DNA of 64,000 nucleotides from an uncultured Spirochaetota bacterium (GTDB lineage Bacteria; Spirochaetota; Spirochaetia; SZUA-6; CAVTHK01). Made by a program: the position numbers and the translations under genes. This document shows positions 10,818 through 19,482 of this stretch, piece by piece. The stretch spans positions 640,001 through 704,000 of the forward strand of contig CAVTHK010000011.1 of the NCBI GenBank assembly GCA_963734495.1. Reading direction: 5' to 3'. Under the pieces are notes generated by a model. It did no database searches and was not told the origin of the DNA. It worked only from the letters and a program-made list of their open reading frames with translations. Every line of letters begins with the position of its first letter. Position 1 is the first letter of the stretch.

Positions 10818-11706
10818 ATGAGGAGCGCCCACTTCTCGCAGGATCGCAAGTATTTCCTGCTGCTGATCGGGCCGCCGTTCCTGGTGATCTTCCTGCTCAC
10901 GGTCGTGCCGTTCGCCTACAGCCTGCTGCTGAGCACATGGAAGCTGAACCTCGCCATGCCGGGCTCGGAGCGATTCGTCGGGCTCGGCAACTACGTCAAG
11001 ATGCTCACCGATGACCGGAATTTCTGGATCATCATGCGCAACACCGTGATCCAGGTGTTCGGCACGGTCAGCCTGCAGGTGGTGATCGGGCGTTTGCTCG
11101 CGCTGCTGTTCTCGCGCCCCGCCCGGGGCCTCAGGCTGGCCCGGTCGCTGCTCATGGTGCCGATGATGGCGACGCCCGTCGTGATCGGCGTCATCTGGCG
11201 ATTCATGGTCAACCCCGATTTCGGGATCGTCAACTATCTTCTCTCGCTGCTGCGCATCCCCGGCCCGGACTGGCTCGGCAAGCCGGGCCTCGCCATGGCG
11301 ACCATCATCGCCGCCGACGTCTGGCTCTCGACGCCCTTTGTCACCATCATCATCATCGCCGGCATCTCCTCGCTTTCCAAGGAGCCGTTCGAGGCCGCCA
11401 CGGTGGACGGCGCATCGTCCTGGACGTCATTCGTGTACATCACGCTTCCGCTGCTGACGCCGGTCATCTGGGTGGCGATCATGTTCAGGCTGATCGACGC
11501 CTTCAAGCGCTTCGACTCGATCGTACATCATGACCGCCGGCGGTCCGGGCAACTCGACCGAGACCCTCAACCTCTACGCCTACAACAACGCCTTCAGCTA
11601 CCTCGACACCGGCTATGCTTCGGCTCTCGCGATGTTTCTCTTCTTCATAATCGCCGCCCTCAGCGTGTTCACGATCAACCGGGTGCGGCAAGGCGCGCGC
11701 GCATGA
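10818..11706 (+). CDS. Carbohydrate ABC transporter permease (MalF/UgpA-like); apparent 1-nt insertion near 11523
   Basis: FVGLGNY and EAA loop FEAATVDGA. Removing the G at 11523 restores FDSIYIMTAGGPGNSTETL...DTGYASA through to TGA at 11704-11706. Confidence 0.87.
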
Positions 11707-12559
11707 ACGGGCACGCGGGGCGGGAGGGGCCGCAGGGCGAAGGGTGCGCTCGTGGTCGTGTCGCTCGGGCGCGCTCACCTGGCTGGTCGTCTTTGTCGCG
11801 CTGGCGCCGCTGCTGTGGTTCGCCGAGATCGCCTTCAAGCCGCAGGTGCTGGCCTGGGCGATGCCGCCCAGGTTCATCTTCGTTCCGACGTTCGACAACT
11901 TCCTGGGCGTGTTCGCCGCGGGAAAGCTCTTTCTTCACGCCTACGTCAACAGCTGCATCGTGTCGGTGTTCACCACCGCCCTCTCGCTCGTGCTGGGGGT
12001 CAGCGCCGGCTACGCGATGGCGCGCAGCGACTTCCGGTTCACCAGGTACATGGGGCTCTGGATCATCCTCACCCGCATGGCGCCGCCCATGATCTTCCTG
12101 CTTCCTTTCTACAACATGCTGCGGATGCTCGGCCTGAGCGGCACATACACCGGGATCATCATCACGTACATGGTCATCACGCTGCCCTTTGTCACCTGGA
12201 TGATGTCCAGCTACTTCCAGACGATCCCCGAGGAGATCGAGCAATCGGCCATGATCGACGGCTGCAACCGCATCCAGATCCTCCTGCGGATCGCCGCCCC
12301 CGTGTCGGTGCCCGGGATCGTGACCTGCACGATCTTCTCCTTTATCTACTCGTGGAACGAGTTCCTGTTCGCGCTGGTCGTGACCGGCCGGGGCACGAAG
12401 ACGGTGCCGATCATGATCCAGGGCTTCATGTCCTCGGACGGGATCGAGTGGGGTCCGCTGGCCGCCACGTCGCTGATGGTGATTCTCCCGGTGCTGCTCG
12501 TCGCGATGGTCAACCAGAAGGGTTTCGTCCGCGGCCTCACCGGCGGCGCGATCAAGTAG
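11703..12559 (+). CDS. Carbohydrate ABC transporter permease (MalG/UgpE-like); 5' end disturbed by apparent extra G bases
   Basis: IPEEIEQSAMIDG, SWNEFLFA, FVRGLTGGAIK. ATG 11703 overlaps the upstream stop. Two +1 shifts (about 11722 and 11768) separate it from the main frame 11744-12559. Confidence 0.87.
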
Positions 12560-12564
12560 CGATC

Positions 12565-13527
12565 ATGCGTTGCGGCGCCGCGGAGAAGGAATTCGACATA
12601 CTGTGCATCGGCATCGCGAACATGAGCATCTCGGTCAAGCCGGTCGGCCGCGAGGTCTTCACCGCGGACGTCACGCTCGTCGAACCGATCGACGTGCGCA
12701 CGGGCGGCGACGCGCTGAACGAGGCTTCGACGGCGGCCCGGCTGGGGAACCGGGTCGGGCTGATCAGCAAGGTCGGGGACGACCTGTTCGGGCGTCTCCT
12801 GCTGGAGAGCGCGCGAGAGGCAGGCGTGAACGTTGACCACGTCGCGGTCTCGCGCCGCGAGCGCACGGCGGCGGCTGCCCTGCTGATCGACGGGAACGGC
12901 GACCGCAGGATATGCGCTCACCGAGGGGCGTTCGAGACGCTGTGCCTGGAGGACGTGGACCTCTCCGTCCTCGACCGCGCGAAGATCGTCAACGTCGGGA
13001 GCCTTTTCGCGCTCAAGAGGCTCGACGGCGACGGCGTCAGGACGCTTCTCGAGCGGGCCAGGAGCGCCGGGGCGACGACCGGCGCGGACGTGAAGTTCGA
13101 TGCCTATCGCCTCGGCATGGGCGGAATCAGGCAGGTGTTCCCCTTTGTGGATTTCTTCATGCCGAACCACGAGGAAGCCCTCTACCTGACCGGGGAGAGA
13201 GAGCCTTCGCGCCAGTGCGACGCGCTGATGGCCGCCGGGTGCGGCGGCGTCGTGGTCAAGCTCGGAGCGGAGGGCTGCTACCTGGCCGCGGGCGGCAGGC
13301 GCGGCCTGGTTCCCCCCTGCCCGGCGACGCGCGTGGACACCACCGGCGCGGGCGACAATTTCGTGGCCGGGTTTCTCACCGGCCTGAACCGCGGCTGGAC
13401 GCCCGAGGCGGCGGCCAGGTTCGCCAACGCGACGGCGGCGGTGAGCATCCAGGAGGTCGGCTCGAACGGCGCCGTGAGGAGCTTCGAGCAGGTCGCGGAG
13501 CACATGCGCCGAGTCGGCTATTCGTGA
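12565..13527 (+). CDS. PfkB/ribokinase-family carbohydrate kinase
   Basis: GGDALN, KVGDDLFG, PNHEEA, VKLGAEG and DTTGAGDNF signatures. Confidence 0.92.
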   Translation: MRCGAAEKEFDILCIGIANMSISVKPVGREVFTADVTLVEPIDVRTGGDALNEASTAARLGNRVGLISKVGDDLFGRLLLESAREAGVNVDHVAVSRRERTAAAALLIDGNGDRRICAHRGAFETLCLEDVDLSVLDRAKIVNVGSLFALKRLDGDGVRTLLERARSAGATTGADVKFDAYRLGMGGIRQVFPFVDFFMPNHEEALYLTGEREPSRQCDALMAAGCGGVVVKLGAEGCYLAAGGRRGLVPPCPATRVDTTGAGDNFVAGFLTGLNRGWTPEAAARFANATAAVSIQEVGSNGAVRSFEQVAEHMRRVGYS

Positions 13528-13547
13528 AGAGCCCCAGGAGGACAGCG

Positions 13548-14996
13548 GTGTTCGAGCGCTACAGGGAAAGAAGCGGCGTTCGCCTCGGCTTGCTGCCCAC
13601 GCGCAGGAGCCTCAACCGGCCCAACCTCTTCAACCGCGATTTCGCCATCGCGGAAAAGAACAAGGTCGAGGCGTACCTCAAAGCGAACCGGGTCGACTAC
13701 GTCAATCTCGACTTCCTGAACGACGAAGGCCTCATCTTCAACGGCGCGGACGCGGACAAGGTGGCCGAGCGCTTCCGCTCGTCGGGTGTGGGTGCGCTGT
13801 TCGCACCGCACTGCAACTTCGGCACCGAGGACGCCGTGGCCAAGGTCGCGAAGAAGCTCGGGGTCCCCGTCCTGCTGTGGGGACCGCGCGACGAGGCGCC
13901 GCAAGCCGGCGCCAATCGCACGCGCGACAGCCAGTGCGGGCTGTTCGCCACCTCGCGCGTGCTCAAGACCTTCGGCGTGACCTTTTCCTACATAACCAAC
14001 AGCCGGGTCTCCGACCCGGTCTTCGAGCGCGGCTTCCGGAACTTCATGGCGGCGGCGGCCGTCGTCAGGAGATTCAGGGGCATGCGCATCGGCCAGGTCG
14101 GCGTCCGCCCGGCGTCGTTCTGGTCGGTCAAAGCCAACGAAACCGAGCTCCTCGAGCGCTTCGGGGTCGAGGTCGTTCCCATCACCATCCAGGACGTGCG
14201 CCAGATGATGGACGCCGTGATGGGATCGCGCAAGGCCGAAGTGGCGGCCGAGGCCGCCTCCATCCGGGCGAAAGTCGACGTCGTCGGAATCGGCGAAGAG
14301 GCTCTCGGCCGCGTCGCAGCGATGAAGCTCGCTTTGCACGAGTGGGCGAGCGCCGAGGACCTCGACACGGCCGCGGTCTTCTGCGGGGGAGGGATCCGGC
14401 AGCTGACCGGCATCATGCCCTGCTTTGTGCTCTCGGAGCTCACCGACGACGGCTTTCCGGCCATCTGCGAGACGGACCTGCACGGCTGCATCACCGCGGT
14501 GATCACCCAGACCGCCGCGGGCGCTTCGTCGCCGGTGTTCCTGGCCGACATGACCGTTCGCCATCCGGAAAACGACAACGCGGAGCTCCTGTGGCACTGC
14601 GGAGTCTTCCCGCTTTCGCTCAAGAAGGAGGGGACGCGGTCGGCCGTTACCGACCACTACGGGTCCGGCCTTCCCGGGGCGGCCAGCTGGCAGATCCGGG
14701 GCGGCGACCTGACGATCACGCGCTTCGACGGCACGACCGGCGACTACCGCCTGCTCGTAACGAGGGGCAGGGTCGTCCCGGGCCCCGAGACCAACGGCAC
14801 CTATGCCTGGGTGGAGTTCAAGGACTGGCCCGAGCTGGAGCACCGCCTCATCTTCGGGCCCTACATCCACCACTGCGTGGGCGTCCACGCGGACGTCACG
14901 GCCGTGCTCTTCGAAGCGGCCAGGTACATGCCGGGGGTCGCCCTGGACCTGGTCGACCCGACGCCCGACGAAGTCGCCAGGTGGCTGCGGGGGTAG
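13548..14996 (+). CDS. L-fucose/L-arabinose isomerase-like family protein
   Basis: NFGTE, RDSQCG, CETDLHG, LWHCG and GPYIHH motifs of FucI-like proteins. GTG start after AGGAGG. Confidence 0.8.
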   Translation: MFERYRERSGVRLGLLPTRRSLNRPNLFNRDFAIAEKNKVEAYLKANRVDYVNLDFLNDEGLIFNGADADKVAERFRSSGVGALFAPHCNFGTEDAVAKVAKKLGVPVLLWGPRDEAPQAGANRTRDSQCGLFATSRVLKTFGVTFSYITNSRVSDPVFERGFRNFMAAAAVVRRFRGMRIGQVGVRPASFWSVKANETELLERFGVEVVPITIQDVRQMMDAVMGSRKAEVAAEAASIRAKVDVVGIGEEALGRVAAMKLALHEWASAEDLDTAAVFCGGGIRQLTGIMPCFVLSELTDDGFPAICETDLHGCITAVITQTAAGASSPVFLADMTVRHPENDNAELLWHCGVFPLSLKKEGTRSAVTDHYGSGLPGAASWQIRGGDLTITRFDGTTGDYRLLVTRGRVVPGPETNGTYAWVEFKDWPELEHRLIFGPYIHHCVGVHADVTAVLFEAARYMPGVALDLVDPTPDEVARWLRG

Positions 14997-15042
14997 CGGT
15001 CCGCGCCGGCGGCAAAGCCTGAATCGAGAAAGGAGTTTCGAC

Positions 15043-15675
15043 ATGATGATCGCCGTTGTCACGGAAGTGAGCACGAAGGAGAAAAACAAGTTCGTCGTCG
15101 CCGCCCTCGAAGGCCGCGGCCACGAGGTCTTCAACCTGGGCATGCGGGGCGTCGAAGGCGAGCCCGAGCTGACCTACATCCACACCGGCTTCATCGCCGC
15201 GGCGCTCCTCGGCTCCGGGTGCGCCGACCTGGTGGTAGGCGGCTGCGGCACCGGCCAGGGCTTCCTCAATTCCGTACTCCAGTACCCCGGCGTCTGCTGC
15301 GGGTTGATCGCGAGCCCCCTCGACGCGTGGCTGTTCGCCCAGATCAACGGCGGCAACTGCGTCTCGCTCGTCCTGAACAAGGACTTCGGGTGGGCGGGCG
15401 ACGTGAACCTCAAGTTCCTCTTCGACCGCTTCTTCAGCGTGGAGCGCGGCTGCGGGTATCCCGAGCACCGCAGGGCGTCCCAGCAGCGCTCGCGCGAGGT
15501 GCTGGGCGAGGTCTCCCGGCTCACCCACCTGGAGCTGCCGGCCATCGTCGAACAAATGGACGAGGCGGTGACGCGCCCGGCGCTGTCCTTTCCCGGCGTC
15601 ATGGATTTCATCCGCAAGCATGCCTCGCCCGCCGTCAGGGCTGCGTGCGAGAAACGGTCCGCGGCGCGCGCGTAG
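15043..15675 (+). CDS. RpiB/LacA/LacB-family sugar isomerase with C-terminal extension
   Basis: GGCGTGQG catalytic Cys motif, DAWLFAQINGGN and GWAGDVNL; RBS AAGGAG. Confidence 0.85.
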   Translation: MMIAVVTEVSTKEKNKFVVAALEGRGHEVFNLGMRGVEGEPELTYIHTGFIAAALLGSGCADLVVGGCGTGQGFLNSVLQYPGVCCGLIASPLDAWLFAQINGGNCVSLVLNKDFGWAGDVNLKFLFDRFFSVERGCGYPEHRRASQQRSREVLGEVSRLTHLELPAIVEQMDEAVTRPALSFPGVMDFIRKHASPAVRAACEKRSAARA

Positions 15676-15744
15676 GCCGACGGCCAACCGTTGTCCTCGA
15701 ACGCGCGCGGCATCGCGAGGATGCGGGTCTTGCCCATTCTCCGC

Positions 15745-15773
15745 TTGCGCGCCGGCGGGACCCGCTCTACAAT
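15745..15773 (+). promoter_or_regulatory. Candidate sigma70 promoter
   Basis: TTGCGC-17 nt-TACAAT upstream of the gene at 15820. Confidence 0.45.
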
Positions 15774-15819
15774 CCCTTCGCTCTCGGGAGAGAGGGCTGC
15801 CGCAACAGGAGGGAAGGGC

Positions 15820-16815
15820 GTGGCCAAGAATAAGGTGAAGGTCTGCATCATCGGCGCCGGCAACATGGCAAGCCGGGTGCACTACCCGTCACTCGCGTCG
15901 TTCGACGACGTCGAGATCGCGGGAGTGGGCGAGCTCGCGCCGGAGCGGCTGAACGCGGTATGCGACCAGTTCAAGATCCCGCGCGAGGCGCGGCACGAGC
16001 TGCGTTCTCCCACCGACTACCGCAAGATGATCGAGAAGGCCGCGCCGGACGGCGTCTACGTCATCGGGCAGCCGCACATCATGTACGACATCTGGGTGTG
16101 GTGCCTGCAGCAGGGGCTCGACCTGTACATCGAGAAGCCGATGGGAATCACGATGCACCACGCCGAGATGCTCGCGCGCCTGGCCGAAGACAAGAAGGTC
16201 ATCACGCAGGTGAGCCACCAGAGGCGCTCCTGCCCGCTGCTGGTCAGGATGCGCGAGGAGTGCCTCAAGCGCGGCCCGATCACCCACGCGATCTGCCAGT
16301 TCTACAAGTGCGATCCCGTCCCGTACTACGGCGCCCGCGACCGGATGATGGACGACGGCACGCACGCGATCGACACGGTGCGCTGGATGTGCGGCGGAGA
16401 GGTCGTGGAGGTCGAATCGACCTGCAAGCGAGTCGGCACTCCCGACATCAACTGGATCTCGGCGACTCTGCACTTCGACAACGGTTCCACGGGGTTCGTG
16501 CTGCTCTCCTTCGTGAGCGGGAGGCGCGTCTTCCGGGTCGAGATGCACGCGCCGCGCATCGGCGTCGACGCGGAGGTCGAGGGCAAGGCGATCCTCTACG
16601 CCGACGGCGACACGAAGGGCGTGGTCTACGACACAAAGGAAGTCGCGGGGAGCGATCAGCTCCACGTGTACGGCGGGTTCGCGGCCAAGAACCGCGAGTT
16701 CATCGACTCGCTCAAGGCGGGCAGGGAGATGACCTCGTCGCCCTTCAGCGACTGCGTCAAGACGATGGCGGTCGCCGAGGAGATCCTCGGACAGGCCCTG
16801 ATGCAGGGGGTGTAG
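15820..16815 (+). CDS. Gfo/Idh/MocA family oxidoreductase
   Basis: IIGAGNMA Rossmann motif, IEKP, DDGTHAID; GTG start after AGGAGG. Confidence 0.9.
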   Translation: MAKNKVKVCIIGAGNMASRVHYPSLASFDDVEIAGVGELAPERLNAVCDQFKIPREARHELRSPTDYRKMIEKAAPDGVYVIGQPHIMYDIWVWCLQQGLDLYIEKPMGITMHHAEMLARLAEDKKVITQVSHQRRSCPLLVRMREECLKRGPITHAICQFYKCDPVPYYGARDRMMDDGTHAIDTVRWMCGGEVVEVESTCKRVGTPDINWISATLHFDNGSTGFVLLSFVSGRRVFRVEMHAPRIGVDAEVEGKAILYADGDTKGVVYDTKEVAGSDQLHVYGGFAAKNREFIDSLKAGREMTSSPFSDCVKTMAVAEEILGQALMQGV

Positions 16816-16878
16816 GACGCGGGCGCCCCGCGCCCCGCATCTGGCGCCCCGCGCCCCGTTCCGCTATCCTCTTCGAGC

Positions 16879-18216
16879 ATGAACCGCTTCGAGGAGATCC
16901 TCGCGCTCGCCGAGGAGATACCGTTCGTCGACACCCACGAGCACCTGCTCGAGGAGAGGACGCGTCTGGCCGGCCCCGAGGGCGCGGCGCAGCCCGCGCG
17001 GGCGCTCAAGGACTTTGCCGTCCTCTTCAGCCACTACGCCGACAGCGACCTGCTCAGCGCGGGCATGCCCCAGGCGGACTACGCCCGCTTCTTCTCCCCC
17101 GGCGTCGACCCCCGCGACAAGTGGCGGCTGGTCGCCCCGTGGTACGAGCGCACGCGGCTGACCGGCTACATGCGGAACATCCGCGAGTCGCTGCGCATCC
17201 TCTACGGCGAGGACGACCTCGAAGAGAGCAACGTGGAGCGCGTGTCCGCCGCGGTCGCCGCGCTGATCCGTCCCGGCTACTACAGGCGCGTCCTGCTGGA
17301 AGCCGCGAAGGTCTCCTACTGCCAGGTCAACAGCCTCGAGGACCCGCTCTTCATGGAGACCGCCCACCCGGACCTGCTCGCCCAGGACCTGAGCCTGGTG
17401 AGCCTCTCGACCGACCTCGCCTCGCTCGAGGCCGCGCGGCGCGCCGGGGGCCCGGGGGGCCAGGCGCGATCGCTCGCCGACTGGCACGCCGTCATCGACT
17501 GGGCGTTCGCCACCTACGGCCCCCGCGCGATCGCGGTCAAGAGCCAGGCCGCGTACCACCGCCGCCTCGACTACGACGACGTGAGCTCCGACGATGCGGC
17601 GCCCCTGTTCGCGCGCTTCGCCGTCGACCGGGCCTCCCTTGCCGCCGATGAGCTCAAGGCCCTCCAGGACCATCTCTTCAATTACTGCCTCCGCAAGGCG
17701 GGCGAACATCGCCTGCCGATCAAGCTGCACACCGGCACTTACGCGGGCACGGCCAGGATGCCGCTGCACAGGGTGCGGGCGAACGCCGGCGACGTTTCCG
17801 AGCTGCTCCTCCGCTACCCGGACCTCCGTTTCGTCGTCATGCACATCACGTGGCCCTACCAGGACGAGGCGATCGCGCTCGCCAAGCACTTTCCGAACGC
17901 CTGGGTCGACATGTGCTGGGCGTGGATCATCGACCCCGCCGCGGCGACGCGTTTTCTCGAGGAGTTCCTCATGGCCGCCCCTGCCTCCAAGCTGCTCACC
18001 TTTGGCGGCGACTACATGCCGGTCGAGCTGGTGCCGGGGCACGCGCGCGTGGCGCGGATGGGGCTCGCCCGCGCGCTCGCGCGTCTCGAGGAGCAGGGCT
18101 GGCTCGCCGAGCGCGAGACCCCGGCCCTGCTCGCGCGCCTGATGAACGGCAACGCGGCCGAGCTCTTCGACCGCGAGCGGACCCTCGCGCCGCCGCGCGG
18201 CCGCTCCGCGCGATGA
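16879..18216 (+). CDS. Amidohydrolase superfamily protein
   Basis: DTHEH, KLHTG, VVMH and FGGD metal-binding motifs. Confidence 0.85.
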   Translation: MNRFEEILALAEEIPFVDTHEHLLEERTRLAGPEGAAQPARALKDFAVLFSHYADSDLLSAGMPQADYARFFSPGVDPRDKWRLVAPWYERTRLTGYMRNIRESLRILYGEDDLEESNVERVSAAVAALIRPGYYRRVLLEAAKVSYCQVNSLEDPLFMETAHPDLLAQDLSLVSLSTDLASLEAARRAGGPGGQARSLADWHAVIDWAFATYGPRAIAVKSQAAYHRRLDYDDVSSDDAAPLFARFAVDRASLAADELKALQDHLFNYCLRKAGEHRLPIKLHTGTYAGTARMPLHRVRANAGDVSELLLRYPDLRFVVMHITWPYQDEAIALAKHFPNAWVDMCWAWIIDPAAATRFLEEFLMAAPASKLLTFGGDYMPVELVPGHARVARMGLARALARLEEQGWLAERETPALLARLMNGNAAELFDRERTLAPPRGRSAR

Positions 18217-19460
18217 GCCGCGGCGGGGTTGCGCCGAGCCACGCCCGGGTGGTCGTGGGGCTCTGCTTTCTCTCCGTAGCGGTCAGCACGGGCGTCACGC
18301 AGTCGATCATCATCCTCTTTCCCGCGATCCTGGACGAGTTCGGCTGGAGCCGCGCAGTGCTCTCCGTCGCCCCGGCTCTCGCAGGCGCCATGGGCTCGCT
18401 CGGCGCCCTCCTCGTGGGGCTGCTTGCGGACCGCGTGGACCTCAGGTTCCTCATGCCCGCGGGCGCGCTCGTGGCGGCCGCAGGGCTCGTGCTCTGCAGC
18501 CGGATCGCGCAGCTCTGGCAGCTCTACGCGTTTTACGGCGTAGTCGCGGCCCTCGGCTGCAGTTTTCTCGGAACGCTTCCGAACAACCTGATCCTGGCGC
18601 GCTGGTTCGAGCGGGGCCGCGGCACCGCCATCGGCATCATGAGCAGCGGCTTCGGCGGGGGAGTGTTCGTCTTCATGCCCCTGCTGGCCAGGGTGATCCG
18701 CGGCGGCCGCTGGCGCGAGGGCTACGTCGTGCTGGCCGCCGCGCTTCTCGCCCTCGCGCCGCTGCTCCTGCTTCTGCAGAGGTCGCGCCCCCCCACGGCG
18801 CGGCCGCGCTCGGACGCGCCCCTGCCGGGGCCGGCGGCGACCGGTGCGCCGCGCCGCCTCGCGGCCGTCGTCCGCAGGCCGCGCTTCTGGTTCACATACG
18901 CTCAGTACATCCTGGGGCCGCTGTCCACGACGCCGCTCATCATCCACCAGGCCGCGCTCATGCGCGACCGCGGCATGGGCGAGATGCAGGCCGCGTGGAC
19001 CGTAGCCCTCTTCGGGCTTTCGGCTCTGATCGGGATGATCGCGGCGGGCGCGCTTTCGGACCGTGCGGGCCGCGAGCGGGCCTACACCCTCGGCACGGTC
19101 GGCATCATCGCGGGGTGCGCAGCGCTCCTCGCGCTGCCGGGGCGCGCGGCGGGCGCCGGCGGCGTCGACGCGCACGCGATCGCGTACGCGGTCCTGTTCG
19201 GGTTCGGCTTCGGCACCCGGCCGTCCATGGACGCGGCGACGGTTACGGACATCTTCCGCGGCCCCGGCTTCGGCCTCGTCTACGGCGTGCTGAGCACCGC
19301 GCTGGGGATAGGGCAGCTCGCTTCGCCCGTTCTCGCGGGGGCGATCCACGATGCCACCGGAAGCTACGACGCGGCGATCCTGTTCTGCATCGCCGCCGCG
19401 CTCGTGGCCACCGCTTCGATCTGGCTCGCGGCGCCGCGGCGCGGGCTCGAACCCGCGTGA
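18213..19460 (+). CDS. MFS transporter
   Basis: About 12 TM segments; GLLADRVD and GALSDRAGR motif A; WFERGRGTAIG. ATGA overlap with the upstream gene. Confidence 0.88.
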   Translation: MSRGGVAPSHARVVVGLCFLSVAVSTGVTQSIIILFPAILDEFGWSRAVLSVAPALAGAMGSLGALLVGLLADRVDLRFLMPAGALVAAAGLVLCSRIAQLWQLYAFYGVVAALGCSFLGTLPNNLILARWFERGRGTAIGIMSSGFGGGVFVFMPLLARVIRGGRWREGYVVLAAALLALAPLLLLLQRSRPPTARPRSDAPLPGPAATGAPRRLAAVVRRPRFWFTYAQYILGPLSTTPLIIHQAALMRDRGMGEMQAAWTVALFGLSALIGMIAAGALSDRAGRERAYTLGTVGIIAGCAALLALPGRAAGAGGVDAHAIAYAVLFGFGFGTRPSMDAATVTDIFRGPGFGLVYGVLSTALGIGQLASPVLAGAIHDATGSYDAAILFCIAAALVATASIWLAAPRRGLEPA

Positions 19461-19482
19461 CGCCGGGCCAAAGGGGGACGTC

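Noticed and set aside
16822-16858. 16-bp direct repeat ggcgccccgcgccccg (similar short duplication near 56993-57023)
   Set aside because: Low-complexity GC sequence with two copies; likely slippage.
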